Virus record (IMG/VR): IMGVR_UViG_3300030019_000003
Location: 188,160 to 252,159 of that record
Reading direction: 5' to 3' (one strand)
DNA: 64,000 bases
Notes under the pieces: model-generated
Database searches by the model: none
Told to the model about the DNA's origin: nothing
The model's input: only the letters and a program-made list of their open reading frames with translations
Part shown: positions 9,905 to 20,272 of the stretch, piece by piece
Layout of the letters: every line of letters begins with the position of its first letter
Numbering within the stretch: the stretch's first letter is position 1
Made by a program: the position numbers and the translations under genes

Positions 9905-10402
9905 CTATTTTGTAGCAGGGGGCGTGTCTAGTACACCATCGCCGTCAGAATCAGTCCAACCTGTTTTACCAATGGAAACTGCTTTATCTTTAACATATGT
10001 TTGTACGGCTGCGCCATAAGTATTAATAAGACCTGGGTCAACTTCTTTTAAGAAGTCAATACTGTGTTTATTTTTAGAAACAGCTGCACCAATAGCAGTT
10101 TCAGCCATTTTCTCTGCAAAGGTAATCGCACCCATAACTAAAGATTCAAAATGAGTTTCGTCATAACCGAACTCATTTAACTTCGCTTTAAAGCTATCAC
10201 TAGAACGTGTTTTCTTAAACAGATAGTACGAACCAATCAATAGAATGGCTACAATAATAACCATCACTACTTGAGTAATTAGCGCGTTAGTAGATGCTAA
10301 CGCCGGATCAGGAACAACGGCTGTGCTATTTGCATCATCCGCAAAAAGAAAGCTTAAACAACTAGAAAACATTAACCCCATGAAAAAAAGCAATTTTTTC
10401 AT
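9905..10402 (-). CDS. membrane protein with signal peptide, possible LL-H-like holin
   Basis: MKKLL...FLFA signal peptide, TM helix (VVMVIIVAILLIGSYYLF), AITFAEK...K segment, C-terminal DSDGDGVLD. Confidence 0.45.
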   Translation of the reverse strand: MKKLLFFMGLMFSSCLSFLFADDANSTAVVPDPALASTNALITQVVMVIIVAILLIGSYYLFKKTRSSDSFKAKLNEFGYDETHFESLVMGAITFAEKMAETAIGAAVSKNKHSIDFLKEVDPGLINTYGAAVQTYVKDKAVSIGKTGWTDSDGDGVLDTPPATK

Positions 10403-10474
10403 ATGTGACTCCTTACGATAAGAATTTGAATAATCATTGAATATTGTTTGATATTAATATTCTAAGGATCATTA

Positions 10475-10738
10475 ATGCCGTGTCTTTCAATTTCAGCAAA
10501 GTTACGAATAGAGACTAGCATAAAGAACATCGAAGACGAGCATCTTGAACGACACATGACCTCTGCCGAAAGTGCTTGTTACGAAAATGCTAAAAAGATT
10601 AAAGAGACCTTTACTATAAAAGTAATGGGTACAGATTATCCTGTTAACACTTATGAAAAACTCCAAAGACACTTATTAAAAGTATCTAATGAGTTAAGTA
10701 ACCTTGTGTGTATACTGCGAAAAAGAAGTTATAAGTAA
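10475..10738 (+). CDS. hypothetical protein
   Basis: 87-aa ORF with AAGGA RBS, ends in a palindrome. Confidence 0.55.
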   Translation: MPCLSISAKLRIETSIKNIEDEHLERHMTSAESACYENAKKIKETFTIKVMGTDYPVNTYEKLQRHLLKVSNELSNLVCILRKRSYK

Positions 10739-10764
10739 GAGAAGCGGATATCCGCTTCTCTTAC
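10735..10764. terminator. perfect palindrome containing both convergent stop codons
   Basis: GTAAGAGAAGCGGATATCCGCTTCTCTTAC. Confidence 0.7.
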
Positions 10765-13568
10765 CATGATTTCATCAACTCTTCTAAACCTATTCTTCCG
10801 TACTGTATCGTTGGGGGTATCTCTTTATAATCCTCTGTCGATACATTCATATCCGCCTCATTAATAATATCAACATCAGATGAGTAACCTGTTATCTTTT
10901 CCACTTCATCTTTAAAGAACGCGATAATATCAATATTACGACTGTTAATATTAGGAACTTCTCCTGTATCTAATAGTGGTATATAAACATATGTTTGTTT
11001 ATCTTGACCTCTACGCCACACACGGGCTATCGCTTGATCGTATATGTACATCCTGAATGGGGTATCTAAGATGATAACAATATTAGCCGCTACAACAGGA
11101 ACAGATTCACCTAGTGATTTGTAAGTCGCTATCAATGGGTTAACATTCTCATTCTCTGTAAATAACTTAACGGTTTGTGTTAAATGTTTAACATTTTCAC
11201 CGTAGACACTAACAGGACTGTATCCCTCATTTCTTACATTTTTAAGAGCAGCATCACAAACATCTATATAGCTACTGAAAATAAGTGTTTTCTTTTCGGT
11301 AGATTCTATAATCTCTGTGAAATCAAAATGATACGCCATATCCCTATGACATTCAATTCTAGCTTTACCTATAACCCCCGCTAACGCTTCACCCTGTACT
11401 TTTAAAGAAGGATATTTATAAATAGTTTTAGCCTCTTTAAACAGTTTCTTTTCATCTCCCTGTAAAACAGGAAGCAAATACTTATTCTCAAAAACATTAG
11501 CATCTTTAATCGTTTGCGACATAAACATTAATTGTTTTCGTTTATAGCCATTTACGATATCTCTAATATTCTTTTCATAAGTATTAAAAAACTTAGGATC
11601 CACTTTATTTTTTAATTGTATCGCCTTAGCTTTCTCATAAAGTGACGTATAAAGTTTAGCATAGAGTTCTGCTTGCTTCTCAAGTTCTTCCATTCTCCTA
11701 GTTATAAATATTTTTAAATTAGTAGCTATAACTGGCAATGTGTAATCAACACCATTATCTAGTACCATGGGTATATTTCTAACAATAGGTTTTGGCCCAA
11801 CATTATCTTTAGAAACTCTAACTGAGAAGTCCCCGTACCGCATTCGTAATGTTTCTTTAAAAACATTACCAGGGTTCCTATATAATGCTAAGAAACGTTT
11901 TACAACAGCTCCTCTGAAGCGTAAGTCTAACATACTGATCAATACTGCTAATTCAGCAACACCTGACTTAATAGGCGTTCCTGATAGTAATATAATATCT
12001 TCTGTATTTATAAGATCTAGTAACTTTAACAAAGCTACTGTTCTATTAGACTTAGCATCTAAGAAGTTATGTATTTCGTCTATGATGACAGTAATCTTCT
12101 TACCACTTATCTCTGGTAAAATATCAAAAAGTTTCTCTATTGACTCATAGTTACTTAAAATGAATTTTTCATTCTTATAACCTGTTTCATTCTTGACATT
12201 ATAATAAGATTGTGGTTTCTTATAAATCTCTGTTGTCAATCCCTTTATCCAAACATTATCAACAGAGTTATTAGGAATAATACAGATAGCTACTTCAGTA
12301 TTAACACATTCTGAAATAGCCAATGCTGTAAATGTATTATGGGTAGTAATGTAATTATCAACAACAAATAAATGATCTACATTATCTACTGCTATACAAG
12401 TAGCGTAATCAGATTTTGTTTTAACAATACTTTCTATGCCTAATAACATTTTTGTTTTAATAGGCTCAATAGTATTTATTAAATCCATATGGGCATTTGA
12501 TGTAAAAAACTTATATGCTTCAGGGTGTTTAAACTTTAATACACAAAGTCTTTTCTTGTTGTTTATCTTTGCTACTCCGCCAAGACTAAAAATGATAGAC
12601 TGTAGATCTTTAACAAGAATTTCTGAATATGATGTGAATATGAATTCACCTTCTTCGTTAACCGTGATATTTGCTTTATCAAAAATACCTTGCAATAAAC
12701 TCCAGCGTTGTAATACACTACCATTCTTATACTCATTAGGTATATACCAGTCTGTCGTTGCTAAGAAGTAAGGATCCTCTGGTAATGAAATAGAATCTAT
12801 TTTCTCTGGGGTAATTAAGTCTATACTGGCTTTATTTCCATTTATAGCTAGGAAATCAATAAGGTCCATTGTTGACATTATTTCATAATGACCTTGATTA
12901 ACAAACGTATCCATTTCAGGATATATTTTCCATAAGTGATCACCACAGGATACTATCTCACGACCATCTTCAAAACGTACAGTATATAAACATACGATAC
13001 CTTGAGGATGTACCGAAAGTACTTTAGTAGGTTTACCGTCATTACCTATAACTGTCTCACCTTTTATAAGACTGCCTATTGGCTTCCAACCGCCTGGTAC
13101 TCTAACAGGTGTATCATCCCTTAAGGCTTTACCTGTACCAGTTCCCATATCAAAAAGTAACCCACGATAATGAAGTTTACTTTTATTTATCTCATATTTA
13201 TCAAAAGCAGCCTGCTGATCTTCTAGTATCTTATAATGCATTTTTTCATTAATAACCGATGTATCTAATGGTTCAACAGTATCATATTTTGATAGCTCTT
13301 TTATTTTAACAAGAAAAGCCCTTAAGGCTTTAATATTAACTCCGTACACGGAGTCACTGATAATAACATTCTCTAGGACATAAATAACTTCTGGAATAAA
13401 AAATCCATAGAAGCTAAAACCAATTAGTCCAAACTTAATAAACAGAGCATCTATTTTTTGTATACCTAATTTACGTATAGATCTATTCCTAAAATTATTT
13501 CCGAAAAAACCTGTTACTGAGTATACATCATTTTTACTGTCATAATTTATCATAACATTATTGAACAT
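10761..13568 (-). CDS. SF2 (SNF2/DEAD-like) helicase containing an intein
   Basis: Walker A DMGTGTGK[intein]T, Walker B IIDEIH, motif III LSGTP, motif VI QAIARVWRRGQ. Confidence 0.9.
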   Translation of the reverse strand: MFNNVMINYDSKNDVYSVTGFFGNNFRNRSIRKLGIQKIDALFIKFGLIGFSFYGFFIPEVIYVLENVIISDSVYGVNIKALRAFLVKIKELSKYDTVEPLDTSVINEKMHYKILEDQQAAFDKYEINKSKLHYRGLLFDMGTGTGKALRDDTPVRVPGGWKPIGSLIKGETVIGNDGKPTKVLSVHPQGIVCLYTVRFEDGREIVSCGDHLWKIYPEMDTFVNQGHYEIMSTMDLIDFLAINGNKASIDLITPEKIDSISLPEDPYFLATTDWYIPNEYKNGSVLQRWSLLQGIFDKANITVNEEGEFIFTSYSEILVKDLQSIIFSLGGVAKINNKKRLCVLKFKHPEAYKFFTSNAHMDLINTIEPIKTKMLLGIESIVKTKSDYATCIAVDNVDHLFVVDNYITTHNTFTALAISECVNTEVAICIIPNNSVDNVWIKGLTTEIYKKPQSYYNVKNETGYKNEKFILSNYESIEKLFDILPEISGKKITVIIDEIHNFLDAKSNRTVALLKLLDLINTEDIILLSGTPIKSGVAELAVLISMLDLRFRGAVVKRFLALYRNPGNVFKETLRMRYGDFSVRVSKDNVGPKPIVRNIPMVLDNGVDYTLPVIATNLKIFITRRMEELEKQAELYAKLYTSLYEKAKAIQLKNKVDPKFFNTYEKNIRDIVNGYKRKQLMFMSQTIKDANVFENKYLLPVLQGDEKKLFKEAKTIYKYPSLKVQGEALAGVIGKARIECHRDMAYHFDFTEIIESTEKKTLIFSSYIDVCDAALKNVRNEGYSPVSVYGENVKHLTQTVKLFTENENVNPLIATYKSLGESVPVVAANIVIILDTPFRMYIYDQAIARVWRRGQDKQTYVYIPLLDTGEVPNINSRNIDIIAFFKDEVEKITGYSSDVDIINEADMNVSTEDYKEIPPTIQYGRIGLEELMKSW
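12336..13127 (-). mobile_element. 264-aa class 3 (Ala1) intein with a degenerate LAGLIDADG remnant
   Basis: Starts ALRDDTPV after GTGK; block B SCGDHLW; block F YATCIAV; ends ITTHN followed by a Thr +1 nucleophile. Confidence 0.9.
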
Positions 13569-13662
13569 AAGTCCTCTCCTTTAACTCTCATTGAAATCGA
13601 TCTATCTATTATATAAGTATCTTAAAACTGGGGTATAGTTGATAAAACATGAAGGAATACAC

Positions 13663-16600
13663 ATGGTCTTTCCAGAATACAATAACCTATACCGGGCGGT
13701 GGGTACGACACGTTTAGTACACTTTGTAAGCCCTAGAATTATAGACGGCGCGACGTTTAAATTCTGTAAAAATCCAATACTTTACTGGTTTACAGTTTCA
13801 GATATACCTGTTAAAATAGATAATACTTCTTCTTACTTAAAAGATATTAAGAAAACGTATATCAAAACTATTTTTGAATATATCGGTGAGGGTACGTTAG
13901 GTAACTTTCATAGGACTAATAATGTATCGACATCACAAGCAGTAAGCGAACTCGTTAAAAACGCACCTTACTTTAAATTCTTATCACCTACAGCAACAGA
14001 GTTAACAATGCCTAATACTACTCTAGCGATTGTTAATTATGGCTTATTAAATTCACGCTATCTGTATAGCTCTAACATACTTAATCCATATTATAAATGG
14101 TATAACGCTTTTCAAAAGATGTGTTCACAGCTATCTGATGCTACCTATAAAACAGATAGGCATCGTTTTGTTACTATTAATCTTCCTACATCATTGCCAA
14201 CACGTAATCGTTTGGATATGTTTGCTGAAAAGATATTATCATCACATCTTAAAGAACTCTCTATCTATCCTTATTTTACACTAGTAGATATTTGGAGATT
14301 CTTAACACCAGAATTAAAACAAACAAGCCTATTGGCAACTGTTCCAGAAAGTGAGTATCCTAATATAGATTTCATGTTTATAGTAGATACCAAAATAGTT
14401 CTCTTAAACTTTGGTATATTAGCAGGTCTTGTAAAAGAATATAATCTACCAACAAAACTTCATGCTGATAGAGCTACCACTATTCGTAAACTCTTCTATC
14501 TGTTTTTACTTAATATTAACAGATTAACAAGTAAGCCTATTGATGAGATTATTAAAGATGGTGATAGTCAGCCTGATATCGCTATCACTGATAAACTCTT
14601 TGAGAAGATAGATACTTTTGGAACAGATGTAAATGCACCTATACCAGTTGTAAACAATCCTGCAGTAGATATTAATCTAGAATTAGATAAACATGAGCCT
14701 GTTACGCCGGAAGAAGTTATTACAACGAATACTGATCTTCCTGAAGAATTAGTAGATGATTTTGACGAAGGTATTGATATCACAGCAGGTGAGTTAAGAG
14801 ATCTTGCTAGTAGTAGCGATCATGTTGTTTATGATAATAAGGCTGAGATCTATAAAGAAGTAGCGCAGCCACAAGTCACCTTAGCAGTTCAAATAGGCGC
14901 TTTACAGGATTACGGTGTACTGACTAAATCTGAGGTAAACAAATACAATAACATCCTTATATCTCAAGAGTCATTACCTTCTCCTTATCCAGGAGATGTA
15001 ACGCCGTTAAAAGATATGCTAAATAGTGCTCTAGATGTTTATACACTGCCTGAAGAAGATTTAGCTATTACTGATAATCCTGTTGTTATTGACAAGAAAA
15101 CACAAAAAGATGTTATAGGGACTATTAATAAAAACTATATCAAACATCAGCTTAAAAAAGATATTGTACGCTCCATCTATAAGATGCAAAGTGCGGGTGT
15201 TATCATCGATGACTATAAGGTAACTGATTCATCTACTATCCTAGGTGATTATAATCAGCATAGCTTTAGAATGATCCCACTAGATGGTAAAGCCTCTACT
15301 ATTAAAGTAGCTTTTCCTGTTGTCAATGAGGATGGTACAATTCGTTTATCCGGAAACCAATATAGAATGCGGGCTCAGCGTGCTGATTTTCCGATACGTA
15401 AGATAGATGCGACAACAGTATCTCTTTCTAGTAACTATGGTAAACTCTTTATAAGTAAAGCTGCTTATAAGAAGAATGATATAGGATATTGGTTACGAAA
15501 TCTTATCATGACAAAGTATGATCTGAATGATGGATTAAGAGATCTTGTTTTAGCAGAAGTTGATAATGAGGATTGTAAACAGCCATCACTTTACGGTTAT
15601 CTATCCCGTTATATTAGATCTTTTAAGTACAACGATATTATCTTCTCATTTGATTATAAACTACGGTACACATTATTAGCTAACACTACCGTTGAAGAGA
15701 TTAAGAAGATTGAGGGCGATAAGTATATACTAATAGGTACAGAGAATGCTGTTCCAGTTTATGTTGATTTTGATAATAAACTGTATCATTATGTTGATGG
15801 AACTTTTCAAGTGTATTCTTCACTCTATGATGTTATCGGCATTACTAAAGAGGATATGCCGTCAGAGCATACTGTTGTTAAAGTATTTAAACGTAGTGTT
15901 CCTACGGTATTAATGTTATCTTACTACATGGGTATCACAAACCTTTTAAACATTTTAAAGGTTGAAGTTAGATATGTAGACTTTACCAGTCACCCTGGTG
16001 TAAAGATAAGAGAGAAGATGCCGGTAGGTGAACATCGCTTTATGTTTAAAGATAAACTAGTCTATGTTAAAAAAGACTATGGCGATGCAGATCTTATTTT
16101 ATCAGGTCTTAGTGAACTAGAGTCTTTAACACAACTATTTAACTTTGAGGCTTTTAATAATAAAGAATCTTTTGAAACTATTTTCATACGTAGCGGGTTT
16201 AGTTATATGTATGTTAATGAAGTTAAATTAATGGAGTCTTTATTTGTAGATCCTATTACCGAGACTATATTGAAAAAGATGGGTGAGCCATTAACTTTTA
16301 AAGGGCTATTACTAAGAGCCAATGAAATGCTCGTAGATGATAACTATAAACACAGTAACAATGTTACTGAGATGACATTTAAAGGTTATGAGCGTGTACC
16401 AGGTATGTTCTATAATGAATTAGTTAAGGCAGTACGCGATCATGAGAACAGAAGTTACTGGACTAAGTCTAGAGTAGTATTTCCAGAGTATAAAGTTATT
16501 GCTAATATAACTGAGGATAGCACTACTGTTATGGTTGATGATACTAATCCTATAGCCTCTTTGAAGCAACGCGATGATACGACATACCTTGGCTATGGTG

Positions 16601-17958
16601 GGAGATCCCGTGAGGGAATGCAAAAGGATACTAGGCCTATTCATATTTCTGAAATAGGTATAACATCTGAAGCTACTAAAGATAGTGGAGATGTCGGTAT
16701 TTCTTCTTATTTAACAGCTACTCCTAACCTAACGACTATACGTGGTAACCCTGGTGTAACTGATGTAGCAAATGCTTCTTGGGGAGAGTTACTATCTGAT
16801 ACTGCCCTATTGTGTCCATTTTCCATAAATGATGATGCAAAACGTTTAAATTTTGCTGGTATTCAAGCAGCACATGTTATTCCTATTATTAATTCTAGGG
16901 CTCCGTATGTAAGAACGGGACATGAAGCTATTATCCCTATTAAGGTAAAAGGTAGGTTCGTAACTATTGCAGAAGATAATGGAGTTGTTAAAAAAGTAAC
17001 TTCTTCTAGTATGAAAGTTATGTATGAAAAACTAGGTGAAAAAGAGTATCCTATTTATTCATGGACAACCTCTAAAGAAGAATCCGGCTCATGTTATAGA
17101 CATGATCTGGTTCCTAATCTTGTTGAAGGTGACGTGTTCGGAAAAGACGATACACTCATTTATGATATTGCTTTCTTTGAACCTGATATCTTTAATCGTA
17201 AACGTGTTGTTTATAAACAAGGTACTATGGTTAAAACAGCATTTATAGATGATCCAGATACATATGAAGATAGTGGTGGAATTAGTAAACGATTTTGCGA
17301 GTCTCTTAAAACAAGACAAACAAAATATACTTCAGAAGTTATTAGTAGTACAGACAATATACATAATCTTGTAAAACCTGGTGATAGAGTTGAAGCTACA
17401 ACACCATTATTCAGTATAGCAGATGAGATGCTTAGTAATCTTGGTGATATGGACAAAAGAACTTTAAGTATTCTTCAAGAGTTAAAAATGAATACGCCTA
17501 AATCAAAAATAGCAGGTATCGTAAATAAGGTACACGTATTTTATAACTGTGCTTTAGAAGAACTTAGTCCGACACTGTTAGCTTTAGCAACAGAAGCTGA
17601 TGCTGATTTACTTAAGAGTGCAGGTCATACAGGTAGAGTAAATTCTAGTTATTCTATTGCAGGAGTTCCGTTATTACCAAATCAAGTAGAGGTAAAAGTC
17701 TATATTGATCTTATTGATAATATGGGTCTTGGTGATAAGGCTATTTTGGCTAATCAACTTAAATTTACTGTTGGTACTGTTGCCGATTATGAAATGACTA
17801 CGGAATCAGGTGAGCCTATTGATCTATGGTTTGGTATACGAAGTGTCTCAGCTAGAATTGTTAATAGTGCCTATCTTATGGGAACTACAGCTTCTACTTT
17901 AGATGCTTTAAAAAACCTTATGGTTAAAACGTATAAAGAACTTAAAGGCTCTAAATAA
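13663..17958 (+). CDS. virion RNA polymerase beta subunit (phiKZ gp178-like)
   Basis: About 1430 aa with beta motifs SEATKDSGDVG, DDAKRLNFAGIQ, TYEDS and GDKAILANQLK; lies upstream of the head protease block; AAGGA RBS before ATG 13663. Confidence 0.88.
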   Translation: MVFPEYNNLYRAVGTTRLVHFVSPRIIDGATFKFCKNPILYWFTVSDIPVKIDNTSSYLKDIKKTYIKTIFEYIGEGTLGNFHRTNNVSTSQAVSELVKNAPYFKFLSPTATELTMPNTTLAIVNYGLLNSRYLYSSNILNPYYKWYNAFQKMCSQLSDATYKTDRHRFVTINLPTSLPTRNRLDMFAEKILSSHLKELSIYPYFTLVDIWRFLTPELKQTSLLATVPESEYPNIDFMFIVDTKIVLLNFGILAGLVKEYNLPTKLHADRATTIRKLFYLFLLNINRLTSKPIDEIIKDGDSQPDIAITDKLFEKIDTFGTDVNAPIPVVNNPAVDINLELDKHEPVTPEEVITTNTDLPEELVDDFDEGIDITAGELRDLASSSDHVVYDNKAEIYKEVAQPQVTLAVQIGALQDYGVLTKSEVNKYNNILISQESLPSPYPGDVTPLKDMLNSALDVYTLPEEDLAITDNPVVIDKKTQKDVIGTINKNYIKHQLKKDIVRSIYKMQSAGVIIDDYKVTDSSTILGDYNQHSFRMIPLDGKASTIKVAFPVVNEDGTIRLSGNQYRMRAQRADFPIRKIDATTVSLSSNYGKLFISKAAYKKNDIGYWLRNLIMTKYDLNDGLRDLVLAEVDNEDCKQPSLYGYLSRYIRSFKYNDIIFSFDYKLRYTLLANTTVEEIKKIEGDKYILIGTENAVPVYVDFDNKLYHYVDGTFQVYSSLYDVIGITKEDMPSEHTVVKVFKRSVPTVLMLSYYMGITNLLNILKVEVRYVDFTSHPGVKIREKMPVGEHRFMFKDKLVYVKKDYGDADLILSGLSELESLTQLFNFEAFNNKESFETIFIRSGFSYMYVNEVKLMESLFVDPITETILKKMGEPLTFKGLLLRANEMLVDDNYKHSNNVTEMTFKGYERVPGMFYNELVKAVRDHENRSYWTKSRVVFPEYKVIANITEDSTTVMVDDTNPIASLKQRDDTTYLGYGGRSREGMQKDTRPIHISEIGITSEATKDSGDVGISSYLTATPNLTTIRGNPGVTDVANASWGELLSDTALLCPFSINDDAKRLNFAGIQAAHVIPIINSRAPYVRTGHEAIIPIKVKGRFVTIAEDNGVVKKVTSSSMKVMYEKLGEKEYPIYSWTTSKEESGSCYRHDLVPNLVEGDVFGKDDTLIYDIAFFEPDIFNRKRVVYKQGTMVKTAFIDDPDTYEDSGGISKRFCESLKTRQTKYTSEVISSTDNIHNLVKPGDRVEATTPLFSIADEMLSNLGDMDKRTLSILQELKMNTPKSKIAGIVNKVHVFYNCALEELSPTLLALATEADADLLKSAGHTGRVNSSYSIAGVPLLPNQVEVKVYIDLIDNMGLGDKAILANQLKFTVGTVADYEMTTESGEPIDLWFGIRSVSARIVNSAYLMGTTASTLDALKNLMVKTYKELKGSK

Positions 17959-17967
17959 TGTTATACT

Positions 17968-17999
17968 ACATTAGGCTGGGAAACCAGCCTAATGTTTTA
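17968..17999 (+). terminator. intrinsic terminator
   Basis: ACATTAGGCTGG-GAAA-CCAGCCTAATGT followed by T residues. Confidence 0.7.
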
Positions 18000-18029
18000 A
18001 TGAATATTTTAAATTAAAGGACGGGACGT

Positions 18030-18230
18030 ATGATATCGAACTTAAGAGAGTTAAACACCACCAATTTACGTCTAATGGTAAGTGTTTCTAAGAAGACACT
18101 TGATGCTGTTGTATCTGGTGATAGAACCGAGGCTTTTAGTCAACCATCAAACGTGGCTGAACTTGATGCTTTTAATCAACAAGTAGAAGCTATTATTGTA
18201 GATAAAATAAGAAATAGATTGAAGGTGTGA
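18030..18230 (+). CDS. small hypothetical protein
   Basis: 66 aa, RBS, coupled to the next gene via GTGA. Confidence 0.55.
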   Translation: MISNLRELNTTNLRLMVSVSKKTLDAVVSGDRTEAFSQPSNVAELDAFNQQVEAIIVDKIRNRLKV

Positions 18231-19531
18231 CCATGGAAGAAATTGAAATCTTAGCTAATAAACTAGCTGAAAAAGGCTCTCTATTCGATATTAAATCTAA
18301 CAGCATTTTTACTGTTAGCCAATTACCTGGTGGCAATGCTGACTTAGAAGAAATTGTGGCACAGGTAGGTATCAAACTTAGAAATGAAACAAGCTTATTT
18401 AGGATGAAAATAAATCCTTTACTAGGTGAATATGTTTCCGCTGTCACCGATGAGATCTCACGTTTAAGAGATACCAGTGAAGTCACTAAGTACATTATTA
18501 AAGAATGTACTATACCTAGTATAGCAGAAGAACTAAATTCAAAAGTTAGTTCTAGCTTAAAAGGTAGTATTTCTGCTGTTGGTATTTCATTTAGTATCCC
18601 CACTCCTGAGACCATCAAAGACTATTTTAAACCTGTAGGTGATCTTAAGATCCCTGCGACAGAGTTCCTAGCAACACTAAGTGTTGATGTGATGATCGAG
18701 TTTTGGAATAAGTTTCTAACAAATATAAGTAGCGATAATACTAATTACAATATTTTTAAATCAGGATCACCTGTAAACATTACTGATCTATGTTTAAATA
18801 TTTTAGCTATCACTTTCTTAAGAGAAAATCAGCCATCTTATGATACTACGGATAATACAGTTTATCGTAAATTCATGACTGAGACTTTGGAAGAATTAAA
18901 AGGCTTCTTAGCGTTTGCCATCACCGTTTATAAAGGCGAGATCGATGTTAAGAAAGTAATCTCCGCTATTCCTGATAGATATACCGTTTATGTTAATCCG
19001 GCTGTATACGATGAGTTCTTAAAATTGGGTGGTAAGCCTGAGACTGTTTTAGGTTTCTTACTATCTGAACAAAAAGACAGTGAAAAATACATAGACACAT
19101 TATTGAATAACGCAGCGATATTAGAAGGTGAGTGGTCTAGACGTTATAACCTTTGTAGATTAGAGTCTATTGATCTTAATATCAGAAATCACAAAGCTAT
19201 TCACAAGCTTTATGTTAATAAATTCTTTAACGAATTGTTACCAAAATATCTAGTGGATTACGTACGGTTAACACCTGCTGAATCAGAGAGTAAGATTGAT
19301 GAATTATTATCAGGTGTTGATAGTGCTACGATCGTTGATGTTGAAAAGATAAGCAGACTTATTTTTGGTATGGTGTATTTTGCATCTACGAACTATTTTG
19401 CATTCACAGAGTATATGCTTAGTTATCTTAAATTGTTTAAAGACAATGATCTTAAGAAAGCTGCATCTTTTGCTGTGCTTGACATTATTTTAGACTATCT
19501 ATTCACACAGGTGGATGTTAGAGGTATCTAA
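18227..19531 (+). CDS. hypothetical protein (phiKZ gp177-like position)
   Basis: 434-aa ORF between vRNAP beta and the protease. Confidence 0.6.
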   Translation: MTMEEIEILANKLAEKGSLFDIKSNSIFTVSQLPGGNADLEEIVAQVGIKLRNETSLFRMKINPLLGEYVSAVTDEISRLRDTSEVTKYIIKECTIPSIAEELNSKVSSSLKGSISAVGISFSIPTPETIKDYFKPVGDLKIPATEFLATLSVDVMIEFWNKFLTNISSDNTNYNIFKSGSPVNITDLCLNILAITFLRENQPSYDTTDNTVYRKFMTETLEELKGFLAFAITVYKGEIDVKKVISAIPDRYTVYVNPAVYDEFLKLGGKPETVLGFLLSEQKDSEKYIDTLLNNAAILEGEWSRRYNLCRLESIDLNIRNHKAIHKLYVNKFFNELLPKYLVDYVRLTPAESESKIDELLSGVDSATIVDVEKISRLIFGMVYFASTNYFAFTEYMLSYLKLFKDNDLKKAASFAVLDIILDYLFTQVDVRGI

Positions 19532-20259
19532 TGGAAGTCATTTATCCTGATAAACTAACCAGAAATAGTGAAGCTATTAAAAGTTGTTTTAATATTATAG
19601 GGGATGTTACTATAGCAACTAGAGATATTAAGATTGTTTTTCCTACACGTTATATCAATAGGAATCTAGCGGTACTTGGTAGTACCGTTAAAACATTATC
19701 AGTATATGCTATTATCGACGAAGATGATAACTATGATATCTCAATCGCCCCTATTATTGAGGGGCTATCCCCTTACAGCGTTCATGATGCTGTACTTTAT
19801 GAATCTGATTATAAGATACTTACCTTTAGAAAAAATGACGTTGTTATTGCAAATAACAATCTTGTTATGTCAGATGGTTTTCTTTATGAGATGTTTGATG
19901 AGTTTTTTATTAAAGGTAACATACCTTTTTTCTTAGACTACGACGATGTCGGTAATCTATTTTTAGAGACTATGAAATATGCTAATAGCCGTATTGGTAA
20001 GAACATGCTAACTTTTGAATTATTAGCATCTATCATAGCAAGAGATCCTGATGATAAACGTATCTTTTTTAGGCAGACCCTTAAAACAGTAGAAGATCTT
20101 AAAAAGAAACCTGCTTACGTTGGAATCAATAACGTCTTCTATAGTTTAAATACAACTGCTGCTAAACTAATAGGTGGGTATTTTAGACAAGGAATTAAAA
20201 CAGCTCTTGTAGATAATGAGGTAACTACCTCAAAACTTTCAGAGATATTAAGAAAATAA
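19531..20259 (+). CDS. hypothetical protein (phiKZ gp176-like position)
   Basis: 242-aa ORF immediately upstream of the head protease. Confidence 0.6.
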   Translation: MEVIYPDKLTRNSEAIKSCFNIIGDVTIATRDIKIVFPTRYINRNLAVLGSTVKTLSVYAIIDEDDNYDISIAPIIEGLSPYSVHDAVLYESDYKILTFRKNDVVIANNNLVMSDGFLYEMFDEFFIKGNIPFFLDYDDVGNLFLETMKYANSRIGKNMLTFELLASIIARDPDDKRIFFRQTLKTVEDLKKKPAYVGINNVFYSLNTTAAKLIGGYFRQGIKTALVDNEVTTSKLSEILRK

Positions 20260-20272
20260 CCAAGGTGATAAC

